41,313 nt of DNA from Candidatus Aminicenantes bacterium RBG_16_66_30 (GTDB lineage Bacteria; Acidobacteriota; Aminicenantia; Aminicenantales; Saccharicenantaceae). The stretch spans positions 960 to 42,272 of the forward strand of contig MEYC01000061.1 of NCBI GenBank assembly GCA_001775715.1, read 5' to 3'. This document shows positions 1 to 10,727 of the stretch, piece after piece (the stretch's first letter is position 1; each line of letters opens with the position of its first letter). A program made the position numbers and the translations under genes. The notes beneath the pieces are model-generated. The model saw only the letters and a program-made list of their open reading frames with translations. It was not told the DNA's origin and made no database searches.

Positions 1-1283
1 TTGCCGATCTCGTCCAGATAGCGTCCGGGGTCCTCCCGGGTGTTCAACAAGATGTAGCGGACGAGCGAGCCGGCCAGCAGGAGGCCGGACTCGTCGGCCC
101 TTCCGAAGGCGAAGCGGATCTGGTTCTTGGCGCTTTCCAAGTAGTCGAAGGCGTAGAGCTCCGCCTCGCCCTGGAAATCCTTCTTCGAATAGGACTCGTT
201 CTGGGCCCGCTTGAGTGTGTTCACCGCCGTCCGCTCGAGGACGGGGATGTCCTTGGGGTCGGCCCGGATCGAGACGACGACGGCCCCTCCGTACCGGTTG
301 GCGATATAGGCCATGTCGACCGTCTGGACCGTGTCCCGCTCCCCCCTGAGGAGGGCCGGGAGGAGGGGATTGACCCCTCGGCCCAGGACTTCCGTGAGCA
401 CGTTCACGGCGTACTGGTCGGCGTTGTTGTAGTCCGGGGCGACGAAGCCGAGGTAGAGGTAGCCGTCTTTGACGTCGCGCTCGAGCCGCTGGGCGGCGCT
501 TTTTTTGAGTGGTGTGGCCATGGGCAGGGGCTCGGTGGGCGGCGCCGACTTCGGCAGGGGACCGAAGACCTCGCGGACCATCCGCTCCATGTCCGCCGTG
601 ACGAAGTCCCCGACGACGGCCAGGGCGCAGTTCCCGGCCACGAAGTACCGGCGGTAGAATCCCAGTAGGTCCTCGACGGATGCCCCCCGGATGACGTCCC
701 TCCGGCCGTAGACCGATCGCCCGTAGGGGTGGCCGGGGAAAAGGGCCTGAAGGACGAGGTCTGTCGCGTTGAGGCGCGGGTCGTCTTCCATCTGATTGAA
801 TTCCTCGAGGATGACCTCTTTCTCCCCGTCGAGCTCGGCTTGGGTGACTGCAAAATCAAAGAGGATGTCCCTCTGGTTGCGGAGGGCGAACTCGGCCGCG
901 CCGGCGGGCAGGGAGATCTCAAAGACCGACAGGTCCTGGCCCGTGTGGGCGTTGAAATAGGCGCCGTGGCGGCGGACGTCGGCCCCGACCTCTTCGCCGG
1001 ACCGGCCGGCCGTCCCGCGGAAGAGGACGCAATGCTCGAGCAGGTGGACGATCCCCGACGTGGCGTCCGTCTCGTTCTTGGAGCCGACGTCGAAGCCCGT
1101 GACGACGTGGAGGAGAGGGATGTCGCGCTTCTCCAAGAGGAAGACGCGGAGGCCGTTGTCGAGGACGATATAACGGCCCGGATCCTCGGCCTGGAGGAGG
1201 ACGGGGGCGGCGAACAGAACGAGCCCCAAGGCGAGCGCCATTCCCGCCCCGGCGACGGAGGCCTCTCGATGCCGTGTATCCAC
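1..1283 (-). CDS. M16 (pitrilysin/insulinase) zinc peptidase, 3' end outside window
   Basis: Not in the ORF track; translated by hand: ...MALALGLVLFAAPVLLQAEDPGRYIVLDNGLRVFLLE...GSKNETDATSGIVHLLEHCVLFRG...FNAHT...EKEVILEEF. Intact HxxEH plus downstream Glu and a signal-peptide-like N-terminus. Start uncertain (GTG 1283 or ATG 1241). Confidence 0.9.
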   Translation of the reverse strand, partial: MDTRHREASVAGAGMALALGLVLFAAPVLLQAEDPGRYIVLDNGLRVFLLEKRDIPLLHVVTGFDVGSKNETDATSGIVHLLEHCVLFRGTAGRSGEEVGADVRRHGAYFNAHTGQDLSVFEISLPAGAAEFALRNQRDILFDFAVTQAELDGEKEVILEEFNQMEDDPRLNATDLVLQALFPGHPYGRSVYGRRDVIRGASVEDLLGFYRRYFVAGNCALAVVGDFVTADMERMVREVFGPLPKSAPPTEPLPMATPLKKSAAQRLERDVKDGYLYLGFVAPDYNNADQYAVNVLTEVLGRGVNPLLPALLRGERDTVQTVDMAYIANRYGGAVVVSIRADPKDIPVLERTAVNTLKRAQNESYSKKDFQGEAELYAFDYLESAKNQIRFAFGRADESGLLLAGSLVRYILLNTREDPGRYLDEIG

Positions 1284-1384
1284 GATCGATCCCGGATGCA
1301 ACCTCCATGCCAGTCTATCATAAGGCGGCGGGCCGGCCAATCCGGCAAAGGCCCTTTACGCCGGGCTGCGGCACCGGGGGGGTT

Positions 1385-1413
1385 TTGCCCGGGCGGCCCA
1401 AGTGTGTTAGAAT
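1385..1413 (+). promoter_or_regulatory. sigma70-type promoter for the response regulator
   Basis: TTGCCC (1385-1390), 17 bp spacer, TAGAAT (1408-1413) with a TGn extension. Confidence 0.65.
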
Positions 1414-1436
1414 TCGGCGAAGAGGTCAGACGCCCG

Positions 1437-2891
<1,455 letters not shown>

Positions 2892-3198
2892 CCGCGACTC
2901 CGGGCGACCGGGGGAAAGTGCCACAGAAAACACACCGCCCTCCGGGGGGCTCAGGCTCCCCGGGGAGCAAGGGTGAAATGGCGAGGTAAGAGCTCACCGC
3001 CCCGGCGGCGACGCCGGGGGCAGGGCAAACCCCATCCGGAGCAAGGCCAAACGAGCCCCGTTTTGGGATGGCCCGTCCCAGGGGGCGGGTCGGCCGCTGG
3101 AGCCTCGGGGCAACCCGGGGCCTAGACAAATGACCGTCACCCGCGCAAGCGGGGACAGGATCCGGCTTACGACCCGCTCCGGCCGTTCTTTTTTCCAT

Positions 3199-3218
3199 CT
3201 CCTCCGCGGACGGGGGAG
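3199..3218 (+). terminator. Possible terminator/processing hairpin downstream of rnpB
   Basis: CTCCTCCG-CGGA-CGGGGGAG hairpin. A T-run (3189-3194) also follows the P1 3' strand directly. Confidence 0.35.
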
Positions 3219-3260
3219 GGGCCTACCTCAGCCGGCCCGTTTTGTGCTATAAGCAGTCCC

Positions 3261-3506
3261 ATGGTCCCCCAGATCCCCTACGCGGCCATAGGGGTCGGCA
3301 TCGCGGCGATCATGGGGATCTGGGCCTTCCTCGTCGCCGAGACGATCAAGCAGAGGGCCGTGATCGCCGGCGCCCCGCTCCTCATCATCCTCGCCGGATC
3401 GTTATTCCGGCCCTTTGCAGGTCAGCTCGTCGCGCTCATCGGCTGGGTTCTCTATGGGGTCGGGTGCATCATCTTCCTGCGCCTCAACGGTCTGGAGATC
3501 CGTTGA
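3261..3506 (+). CDS. Small hypothetical membrane protein, 81 aa, about 3 TM helices
   Basis: Three hydrophobic stretches and GC3-rich codons. TGcTATAAG lies 7 nt upstream of the ATG and the stop overlaps the MFS start (TGATG). Confidence 0.75.
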   Translation: MVPQIPYAAIGVGIAAIMGIWAFLVAETIKQRAVIAGAPLLIILAGSLFRPFAGQLVALIGWVLYGVGCIIFLRLNGLEIR

Positions 3507-4735
3507 TGACGCGGTTCGCCTGGTGGAAGGAGGCCCCGCCGGACGCCCGGCGGGCCCTGGTCGCCGCTTCGTTCGGCTGGATGCTCGATTCCTTCGACGT
3601 CATGCTTTATGCCATGGTCCTGTCGGCCCTGATGTCCGACCTGGGCATGGCCAAAGCCACGGCCGGGTTGCTGGGATCGCTGACCCTGGTCGCCTCCGCT
3701 GTCGGAGGGCTCGTCTTCGGCGTCGTGGCCGACCGCTTCGGCCGGCGCAAGGCCTTGATGGCCAGCATCCTCATCTATTCGGTGTTTACCGCGGCCTGCG
3801 GCTTCGCCACCGGCGTCGCCATGCTGGCCGTCTTCAGGATCTTCCTGGGCTTGGGCATGGGCGGGGAGTGGGCGTCCGGGGCCGCGCTCGTCTCGGAAAC
3901 CTGGCCGGCCGCGCATCGCGGCAAAGCCCTGGGGATCGTCCAGAGCTCGTGGGCCGTCGGCTATGCCGCCGCGGCGGCGGTGGCCGCGCTCGTCCTGCCC
4001 GTCTGGGGCTGGCGGGGCGTCTTCTTTGTCGGGGTCCTTCCCGCCTTCTTCACGCTCTGGGTCCAAAAGCGGGTCCGGGAGCCCGAGATCTGGACGGCCG
4101 TCCGGGCGGCGTCGCCGGGCATACGCACGGGATTCGTCGAGATCTTCGGGAAGAAGCGGCTCCGGCTGACCCTTTTCGTCACGCTGATGAACGCCTGCAC
4201 CATGTTCGCCTGGTGGGGCTTCAACCTCTGGCTCCCGGCCTTTCTCTCGATGGCCCCCGAGCAGGGCGGTATCGGGCTCGCCCCCCGGACCATGTCCGGG
4301 CTGGTCATCTTCATGCAGGCCGGCATGTGGCTGGGCTATATCACCTTCGGCTTCATCAGCGACAAACTCGGGCGGAAGCGCTCTTACGTGGCCTTCCTCC
4401 TCGTCGCTTCGGTCTTCATGCTCCTGTACTCCCAGACGCGCCGGCCTCTGGCCCTCCTCATCCTGGGACCGTTCGTCGCGTTCTTCGGCACGGGCTACTT
4501 CACCGGATTCGGCGCGCTAACGGCAGAGATCTACCCCACGGCCGTGCGGGCCACGGCCCAGGGCATCACCTACAACACGGGCCGGATCGTCAGCGCCGCC
4601 GCGCCTTTCGTCGTCGGTTCGCTGGCCCAAACAAAGGGATTCGGGTTCTCCTTTATGGTCATCGCCGCCGCCTTTCTCGCGGCCGCGGTCCTGTGGGCCG
4701 GCATCCCGGAGACCAAGGGACGTCCGCTCGAGTAG
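3506..4735 (+). CDS. MFS transporter (sialate/aromatic acid/carboxylate:H+ symporter-like), 409 aa
   Basis: GWMLDSFD, motif A GVVADRFGRR, GLGMGGEW, SDKLGRK, AEIYPT..RAT, PETKG. Confidence 0.92.
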   Translation: MTRFAWWKEAPPDARRALVAASFGWMLDSFDVMLYAMVLSALMSDLGMAKATAGLLGSLTLVASAVGGLVFGVVADRFGRRKALMASILIYSVFTAACGFATGVAMLAVFRIFLGLGMGGEWASGAALVSETWPAAHRGKALGIVQSSWAVGYAAAAAVAALVLPVWGWRGVFFVGVLPAFFTLWVQKRVREPEIWTAVRAASPGIRTGFVEIFGKKRLRLTLFVTLMNACTMFAWWGFNLWLPAFLSMAPEQGGIGLAPRTMSGLVIFMQAGMWLGYITFGFISDKLGRKRSYVAFLLVASVFMLLYSQTRRPLALLILGPFVAFFGTGYFTGFGALTAEIYPTAVRATAQGITYNTGRIVSAAAPFVVGSLAQTKGFGFSFMVIAAAFLAAAVLWAGIPETKGRPLE

Positions 4736-4748
4736 CCGACGATCGCGG

Positions 4749-6206
4749 CTAGAAGGCGTTGAACGCCGCGCGGATGAGACTCAGCGCGTTCCCGGGCCAG
4801 AGCCCCAGCTGAAGGACCCCGAGCAGGCCCAGGAAGATGACAAGGAAGAGGGCCGGATCGTCCCGGTCGAAAGCGGCCGCGGCCTCGGCGTCCTGCATGT
4901 ACATGACGACGATGATCTTCAGGTAATACGCGACCGCGATGAGACTGGCCAGGACCGCGGCGACGGCGAGGAGGATGTGGCCCTCCCGGACGGCGGCGCC
5001 AAAAACGTAGAACTTGGCCAGGAAGCCGGCCGTGGGCGGGAAGCCCGCCAGGGAAAGCAGAAAGATCGACAGGCTCGCGGCCAGCCCCGGATGCCGGCGG
5101 CCCAGGCCGGCGAAGTCGCCGAGCGAGGCGCGCTCGAACCCTCTGCCGGACATGGCGACGAGGACGGCGAAGGCCCCGCCGTTCATGAAGAGATAGACGA
5201 GGAGATAGAAGACCAGGCTCGGGGCGTCGCCGGCGACGATGGCGACGAGGAGATAGCCGGCATGGGCGATCGACGAGTAGGCGAGCATCCTCTTGACGCT
5301 CTTCTGTCGCAGGGCGGCCAGGTTGCCGGCGAACATCGTCAGGACGGCGGCAACGCTCAGGGCCGGCGTGAAAACGGCGGCCGCCGCGGTTTCGCCGCTC
5401 AGCAGAGGAAGAAGGACCCTCAGCAGGACCGCCAGCCCGGCGGCCTTGGGAACGATGGTCAGGAACACGGTCACCGGGGTCGGCGCGCCCTCGTATACGT
5501 CCGGGGCCCACATGTGGAACGGGGCGACGGCGATCTTGAAGAATAACGCCGTCAGGATGAGGCCGAGCCCGACGGCGCCGGCCGCGGGAAAAGCGGACAG
5601 CGAGGCGCCGGCGGAGAGGCCGGCCGTGAGATCGAGGCTCCCCGATGTCCCGAAGACCAGCGCCAGGCCGAAGACGAAGAAGGCCCCGGCGAAGCTCCCC
5701 ATCAGGAAATATTTCGCCGCCGCCTCGGAAGAGGCGCGGTCCTGGCGCTTGAGACCGCTCATCGCGTAGGAAGCCACCGAGAGGACCTCGAGGCCGAGGA
5801 AGACGACCAGCCCGTCCGAGGACGACACCATGATCATCGCGCCGGCCACGGCCAGGAGGAGAAGGCCGCAGAGCTGGCCGAGGTTCATGTCCTGATGCGC
5901 GGCGTATTTCAGGCTCATCAGGATGACGGCGATCCCGGCCAGGACGAGGACGCCCGTGACCAACAGGGCCAGGTTGTCGACGAGGAGTCGGCCGTGAAGA
6001 TAGACGCCGCTGTTCCCGACGTTCCAGGAAACGACGGTGAAGAACGCGGACGCAAGAAGGGCGAAGACCGCGACAAAGGCCGGAAGCTCTCCGTCCTTGC
6101 GCTTGAGGAAGGCCTCGAGCAGCAGGACGAGCAGGGCCCCGGCAACGAGGGCGAGCAGGGGCGCCAGGGCCAGAACGGACGGAGGGATGGGTGGCGGGAA
6201 TCCCAT
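4749..6206 (-). CDS. nuoN: NADH-quinone oxidoreductase subunit N
   Basis: FLGLE, EAAAKYF, FKIAVAPFHMWAPDVYEGAPTP, KRMLAYSSIAHAGY, SLAGFPPTAGF. Confidence 0.95.
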   Translation of the reverse strand: MGFPPPIPPSVLALAPLLALVAGALLVLLLEAFLKRKDGELPAFVAVFALLASAFFTVVSWNVGNSGVYLHGRLLVDNLALLVTGVLVLAGIAVILMSLKYAAHQDMNLGQLCGLLLLAVAGAMIMVSSSDGLVVFLGLEVLSVASYAMSGLKRQDRASSEAAAKYFLMGSFAGAFFVFGLALVFGTSGSLDLTAGLSAGASLSAFPAAGAVGLGLILTALFFKIAVAPFHMWAPDVYEGAPTPVTVFLTIVPKAAGLAVLLRVLLPLLSGETAAAAVFTPALSVAAVLTMFAGNLAALRQKSVKRMLAYSSIAHAGYLLVAIVAGDAPSLVFYLLVYLFMNGGAFAVLVAMSGRGFERASLGDFAGLGRRHPGLAASLSIFLLSLAGFPPTAGFLAKFYVFGAAVREGHILLAVAAVLASLIAVAYYLKIIVVMYMQDAEAAAAFDRDDPALFLVIFLGLLGVLQLGLWPGNALSLIRAAFNAF

Positions 6207-6207
6207 G

Positions 6208-7779
6208 CTACCGCTCCGGCTCCGCGAGAGCCGTCGCCTCGGCCCCGGGTCTTCCCGGGAGTTCCAAAGCCGTCACGACGGGCGCTTTAGACCTCAGGGA
6301 CTCGACATAGCGGGCGACGGATGAATCCATCTTTCTCAAGAAGGTCCCCGGGAACAGCCCCATGAAGAGCATGAGGACGACGAGAGGGACGAGACAGGCG
6401 AGCTCCCGTCCGTCGAGATCGCGGAGCCTCCGGTCCGCCGGGTCCTTGAGCGGTCCGTGCATGACCCGGCGGTAGAGCCAGAGGAGATACGCGGCCGACA
6501 GGACGACCGTCGAAACGCTCAGGACGGCCAGGGTCTTGTTCGCGGCGAATATGCCGAAGAAACAGAGGAACTCTCCGACGAAGCCGTTGAGGCCGGGAAG
6601 GCCGGCGGACGAGAGCATGGCGACAAGGAAGAGACCCGCGAACACGGGCATGCGCGCGGCCGCGCCGCCGTAGTCGGCGATGAGCCTCGTATGGGTCCTC
6701 TCGTAGAGGATCCCGACGCAGAGGAAGAGGGCCCCGGTGCTCAGGCCGTGATTGAGCATCTGGTATATGGCGCCCTCGGTCGCTTCGAAGTTGAGCGAGA
6801 AGACGGCCAGCATGATAAGGCCCATGTGGCTGACGCTCGAGTAGGCGACGAGGGATTTCATGTCCTTCTGGACAAGGGCCATCAGTCCGCCGTAGATGAT
6901 CCCGACGACGGCCAGAATGGACAAGGCCGGCGCGAAAGACGCCGCCGCCGCGGGGAACAGGGGCAGGCCCAGCCTCAGGAAGCCGTAAGCGCCCATCTTG
7001 AGGAGGACGGCGGCCAGGAGGACCGATCCGGCCGTCGGGGCCTCGACGTGGGCGTCCGGGAGCCAGGTATGCAGCGGGAAGAGCGGGATCTTGATGGCGA
7101 AAGCCAATCCGAAAGCCAGAAAGAGCCAACTCTGAAGGGCCGGGGAGAGCGGGACGGCGGCCAGGTCGGCGATCGTCAGCGAGGGGCTCCCCATGGCCCG
7201 GGAATAAGCGGCTTGAAGAACGAAGATCGCGACGAGCATGAGCAGGCTGCCGAACATGGTGAAAAGGACGAACTTCGTCGTGGCGTAGATCCGGCGCCGG
7301 CCGCCCCATATCCCGATGAGGAAGTACATCGGGATGAGCATGGCCTCCCAGAAGACATAGAACAGAAAAAGATTCAGCGAGACGAAGACGCCGATCATGC
7401 CGGTCTCGAGAAGGAGCATGAAGAACGAGAACTCTTTGATCCTGTCGTCGACGGCGCGCCAGGAGGAGAGGAGCGCCAGGGGCGTCATGAGCGCGGCCAG
7501 GAGGACGAGGAAGAGGCTGATGCCGTCGACGCCGACATGATAATCGATGCCGCCGCGGAGCCAGGAGGAGCGCTCGACGAGCTCGGGGAGCCCGGAGGCG
7601 CCGTCATAAGCGAAAAAGAGAAGGAGCGACAGGACGAAGGTCAGGAGCGATACGCCCAGCGCCGTCGCCCGGACGGCCCGGGCCGATCCGCGGCGGAAGA
7701 AGACGAGGAGCACGGCCCCGGCGAGAGGCAGGAAGGTGACGATGCTCACGAGCGGCAGGCCTGACAGCATGGCGCTCAT
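6208..7779 (-). CDS. nuoM: NADH-quinone oxidoreductase subunit M
   Basis: GVDGIS, FYVFWE..LIPM, KIPLFPLHTWLPDAHVEAPT, LLKMG, AYSSVSHMG, GLPGLNGFVGE. Confidence 0.96.
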   Translation of the reverse strand: MSAMLSGLPLVSIVTFLPLAGAVLLVFFRRGSARAVRATALGVSLLTFVLSLLLFFAYDGASGLPELVERSSWLRGGIDYHVGVDGISLFLVLLAALMTPLALLSSWRAVDDRIKEFSFFMLLLETGMIGVFVSLNLFLFYVFWEAMLIPMYFLIGIWGGRRRIYATTKFVLFTMFGSLLMLVAIFVLQAAYSRAMGSPSLTIADLAAVPLSPALQSWLFLAFGLAFAIKIPLFPLHTWLPDAHVEAPTAGSVLLAAVLLKMGAYGFLRLGLPLFPAAAASFAPALSILAVVGIIYGGLMALVQKDMKSLVAYSSVSHMGLIMLAVFSLNFEATEGAIYQMLNHGLSTGALFLCVGILYERTHTRLIADYGGAAARMPVFAGLFLVAMLSSAGLPGLNGFVGEFLCFFGIFAANKTLAVLSVSTVVLSAAYLLWLYRRVMHGPLKDPADRRLRDLDGRELACLVPLVVLMLFMGLFPGTFLRKMDSSVARYVESLRSKAPVVTALELPGRPGAEATALAEPER

Positions 7780-9680
7780 AGGAGGAGGACCCCCAGGAAG
7801 AGGATGGCGCCGAGGAGGAAAGCCAGGGCGTAGTCGCGGACAAGACCGCTCTGGAGGACGTTCAATCCCTTCCCGGCCGAGGCCGCGGCCGCGGCGGAGC
7901 CGTCGAGGGCGCCGTCGATGACGCCGAGGTCGAAACGGGCGTAGACCGTCTCGGCCCCGCGGACGAGGGGCCGGACGACCACGGCGTCGTAGGCCTCATC
8001 GACATAGTATTTGCCGACGAGGAGACGGTAGATGCCGGGGAACGAACGGGCCGTCCGCTCCGGGAGGTCCGGTCGCTTCCGATAGAAGACAAAGGCCATG
8101 GCGATGCCGGCGAGGGCCGCGGCCGTGGCCGCCAGGATGAGGCCGACCTCTGTCGAAAGCGCGAGGTGATGCGCGGCCGGTTCGAGGACGGCCTCGAGGA
8201 AGCCGCCGATCCAATTCGCCTTTTCACCGAGGAGGACGGGCAATCCGGCGAACCCGGCAAGGGCGGAAAAAACCGCCAGGACGACGAGGGGGACCGTCAT
8301 GACCGGCGGGGATTCGTGGACGTGAGGAGCGGTCCCTGCGGGGTGAGTCGCCCGGGTCTGGCCATAGAACGTCATATAGATGAGCCGGAACATATAAAGA
8401 GCCGTGAGAACGGCGCCCGAGAGGCCCAGGGCATAGAGAACATAGTGGCCGCCGGCGAAGGCGCTCGTCAAGATCGCGTCCTTCGAAAAGAATCCCGACA
8501 GGAACGGCACGCCGGCGATGGCCAGCGCGCCGACGAGGAAGACCGGGAAAGTCGTCGGGAGGGCCTTCTTGAGGCCGCCCATGCGGCGCATGTCCTGCTC
8601 GCCGCCCAGGGCATGGATGACGCTCCCGGCGGCGAGGAAGAGGAGGCTCTTGAAGAACGCGTGGGTCACGAGGTGGAACATCCCCGCGGCATAGGCGCCC
8701 ACGCCGCAGCCGAGGAACATGTAGCCGATCTGAGAGATCGTCGAATAGGCCAGGACCCGCTTGATGTCGTGCTGGACCAGGGCGATGGTCGCCGCGAAGA
8801 CGGCCGTCAGTCCGCCGACCCAGGCGACGACCGACGAGGCCGCCTGCGAGGCCGCGAAGAGCCCGCTCAGGCGGCAGACCATATAAACGCCCGCCGTGAC
8901 CATGGTCGCGGCGTGGATCAGGGCCGAGACGGGCGTCGGGCCCTCCATGGCGTCGGGCAGCCAAACGTAGAGGGGGATCTGGGCCGATTTTCCCGTGGCC
9001 CCGACGAAGAGGAGGATGGCGACGAGGGTCACCAGCCCCGGTCCGAGGACGCCGGCGGCGGGGGCGGCGTTGATCGCGGCGAAGCTCGAGCTCCCGACGT
9101 TCACCAGGAGGAAGAGGACGCCGACGATGAAGGCCGCGTCGCCGATCCGGTTGACGATGAAGGCTTTCATCCCGGCCTTGGACGCGGCCGGCCGCTCGAA
9201 CCAAAAGCCGATGAGGAGATAAGAACAGAGGCCGACGCCCTCCCAGCCGACGAACATCAGGACGATGTCCGAGGCCAGGACGAGGACGAGCATGAAGAAG
9301 GTGAACAGGTTCAGATAGGCGAAATACCTCGAGTAGGCCCTGTCTGCGGCCATATAGCCGACGGAATAAACATGGATGAGGAGGCCGACCCCGGTGACGA
9401 CGAGGGCCATGACGGCCGCAAGCTCGTCGAAAGCGAAGGAGATCGCCGCCGAGAACGAGCCGCTCGCGATCCACGGAAGGAGGGTCTTGGCCAGGCCGGA
9501 AGAACCGTGTCCGGCCCGGACGAGATGGACGAAACCCGCGAGGGACAGGGCGAACGAAAGGAAGACCGTCAAGCAAGCCTGCCACGAGATCCAGCGGCGG
9601 GAAAGCCGCGGTCCGAGGAGGAGCAGGAGGAGGGCGCTCGCCCCGGGGAGCAGGGGAATGAGCCAGAAGTATCGAACCAT
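7776..9680 (-). CDS. nuoL: NADH-quinone oxidoreductase subunit L
   Basis: GWEGVGLCSYLLIGFW, NRIGD, GKSAQIPLYVWLPDAMEGPTPVSALIHAATMVTAG, THAFFK, C-terminal QSG motif. Confidence 0.97.
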   Translation of the reverse strand: MVRYFWLIPLLPGASALLLLLLGPRLSRRWISWQACLTVFLSFALSLAGFVHLVRAGHGSSGLAKTLLPWIASGSFSAAISFAFDELAAVMALVVTGVGLLIHVYSVGYMAADRAYSRYFAYLNLFTFFMLVLVLASDIVLMFVGWEGVGLCSYLLIGFWFERPAASKAGMKAFIVNRIGDAAFIVGVLFLLVNVGSSSFAAINAAPAAGVLGPGLVTLVAILLFVGATGKSAQIPLYVWLPDAMEGPTPVSALIHAATMVTAGVYMVCRLSGLFAASQAASSVVAWVGGLTAVFAATIALVQHDIKRVLAYSTISQIGYMFLGCGVGAYAAGMFHLVTHAFFKSLLFLAAGSVIHALGGEQDMRRMGGLKKALPTTFPVFLVGALAIAGVPFLSGFFSKDAILTSAFAGGHYVLYALGLSGAVLTALYMFRLIYMTFYGQTRATHPAGTAPHVHESPPVMTVPLVVLAVFSALAGFAGLPVLLGEKANWIGGFLEAVLEPAAHHLALSTEVGLILAATAAALAGIAMAFVFYRKRPDLPERTARSFPGIYRLLVGKYYVDEAYDAVVVRPLVRGAETVYARFDLGVIDGALDGSAAAAASAGKGLNVLQSGLVRDYALAFLLGAILFLGVLLL

Positions 9681-9681
9681 T

Positions 9682-9984
9682 CTATCCCCTGAGGTCCTTG
9701 AGCTCGTCGGTCCTGATGGTGCGGCGCTGCCGGAAGATGAGGACGATGATGGCCAGGCCGATGACAGCCTCGGCCGCGGCGACGGTGATGACGAAAAGGA
9801 CGATGACCTGCCCGGCCGCCTGGCCTGAGGCCTTGGCCATGGCCAGGAACGCGAGGTTGGACGCGTTGAGCATGACCTCGACGGCCATGAACTGGGTCAG
9901 GAGGTCCTTCTTGACGAAAAAGGCCAGGACGCCGAGGGAGAAAAGGACAGCGGACAAAAGAAGGAACGCGGCGGGCGGGATCAT
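9682..9984 (-). CDS. nuoK: NADH-quinone oxidoreductase subunit K, 100 aa
   Basis: MIPPAAFLLLSAVLF...FMAVEVMLNA...VAAAEAVIGLA...DELKDLRG. ATGA overlap with nuoJ. Confidence 0.93.
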   Translation of the reverse strand: MIPPAAFLLLSAVLFSLGVLAFFVKKDLLTQFMAVEVMLNASNLAFLAMAKASGQAAGQVIVLFVITVAAAEAVIGLAIIVLIFRQRRTIRTDELKDLRG

Positions 9985-10474
9985 CCGCCCTCCTTTTTGC
10001 CGGCCAACGCCAGGGCGCCGACCAGAGCCGCCAGGATGAGAAGCGAGGTGATCTCGAAGGCGTAGAGGTAATCCGTGAAGAGGAGCCGGCCGAGTCCGGC
10101 CAGGCCGTCGGGCTCGCCCGGCGACACGCTTCCCGGAGCGATGGCTCGCACCGCGGCGATAGCCAGCTCGGCGAATAGAACGAGCCCCAGGATGGCCGCC
10201 AGGAAGGTGCGAAGCGTCCGTCTTTCCCGGGGCGCCGGCTCCCGGAGGTTGAACATCATGATGGCGAAGAGGAAGAGGACCATGATGGCCCCGGCGTAAA
10301 CGAGCACCTGGGCGGCCGCCGCGAACGGCGCGTCGAGAAGGCCGAAAAGCCCGCCCAGGCAGGAGAAGGCGAGGACGAGGAACAGGGCGTTGTGGGCCTG
10401 GTTCCGGGACAGGATCATGGCCAGGACCGAGCCGATGCACAAGGCGACAGGATAGCGAAGATAGCCCAAGCCAT
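9981..10474 (-). CDS. nuoJ: NADH-quinone oxidoreductase subunit J, apparent 1-nt frameshift near codon 10-11
   Basis: QVLVYAGAIMVLFLFAIMM and YLYAFEITSLLIL are NuoJ motifs. The SD-led ATG 10474 (MAWAIFAILS) is out of frame with the body (ALCIGSVLAMILSRN). Confidence 0.85.
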
Positions 10475-10488
10475 GGAATTTCCCCCTA

Positions 10489-10517
10489 TATTTAGTTTTC
10501 CCCGCGGCCAAAGTCAA
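10489..10517 (-). promoter_or_regulatory. Putative promoter of nuoJKLMN
   Basis: TTGACT, 17 bp spacer, TAAATA, then a GGGGGA SD-like tract before ATG 10474. Confidence 0.5.
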
Positions 10518-10555
10518 GCCGAAATCGGAGTCCCGCAAAAACCGGCCCTGGCGCG

Positions 10556-10583
10556 TTGACATTCGGGGGGGATTTGATATAAT
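10556..10583 (+). promoter_or_regulatory. Consensus sigma70 promoter for tRNA-fMet
   Basis: TTGACA, 16 bp spacer, TATAAT with a TGn extension, 11 nt before the tRNA. Confidence 0.85.
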
Positions 10584-10594
10584 GACGCTCGTAC

Positions 10595-10671
<77 letters not shown>

Positions 10672-10727
10672 ACCGACTTCCATCATCCCCCTGATAAACG
10701 AGGCCCTCGGCCTCTGTCCGCCGGGCC

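Noticed and set aside
1344-1389. GGCAAA...TTTGCC inverted repeat in the divergent M16/regulator promoter region
   Set aside because: Short, imperfect and widely spaced in GC-rich DNA; not distinguishable from chance without comparative data.
729-1436. 236-aa N-terminal extension of the regulator ORF (729..2891)
   Set aside because: It is the antisense shadow of the M16 gene. A promoter at 1385-1413 and the receiver domain place the start at 1437.
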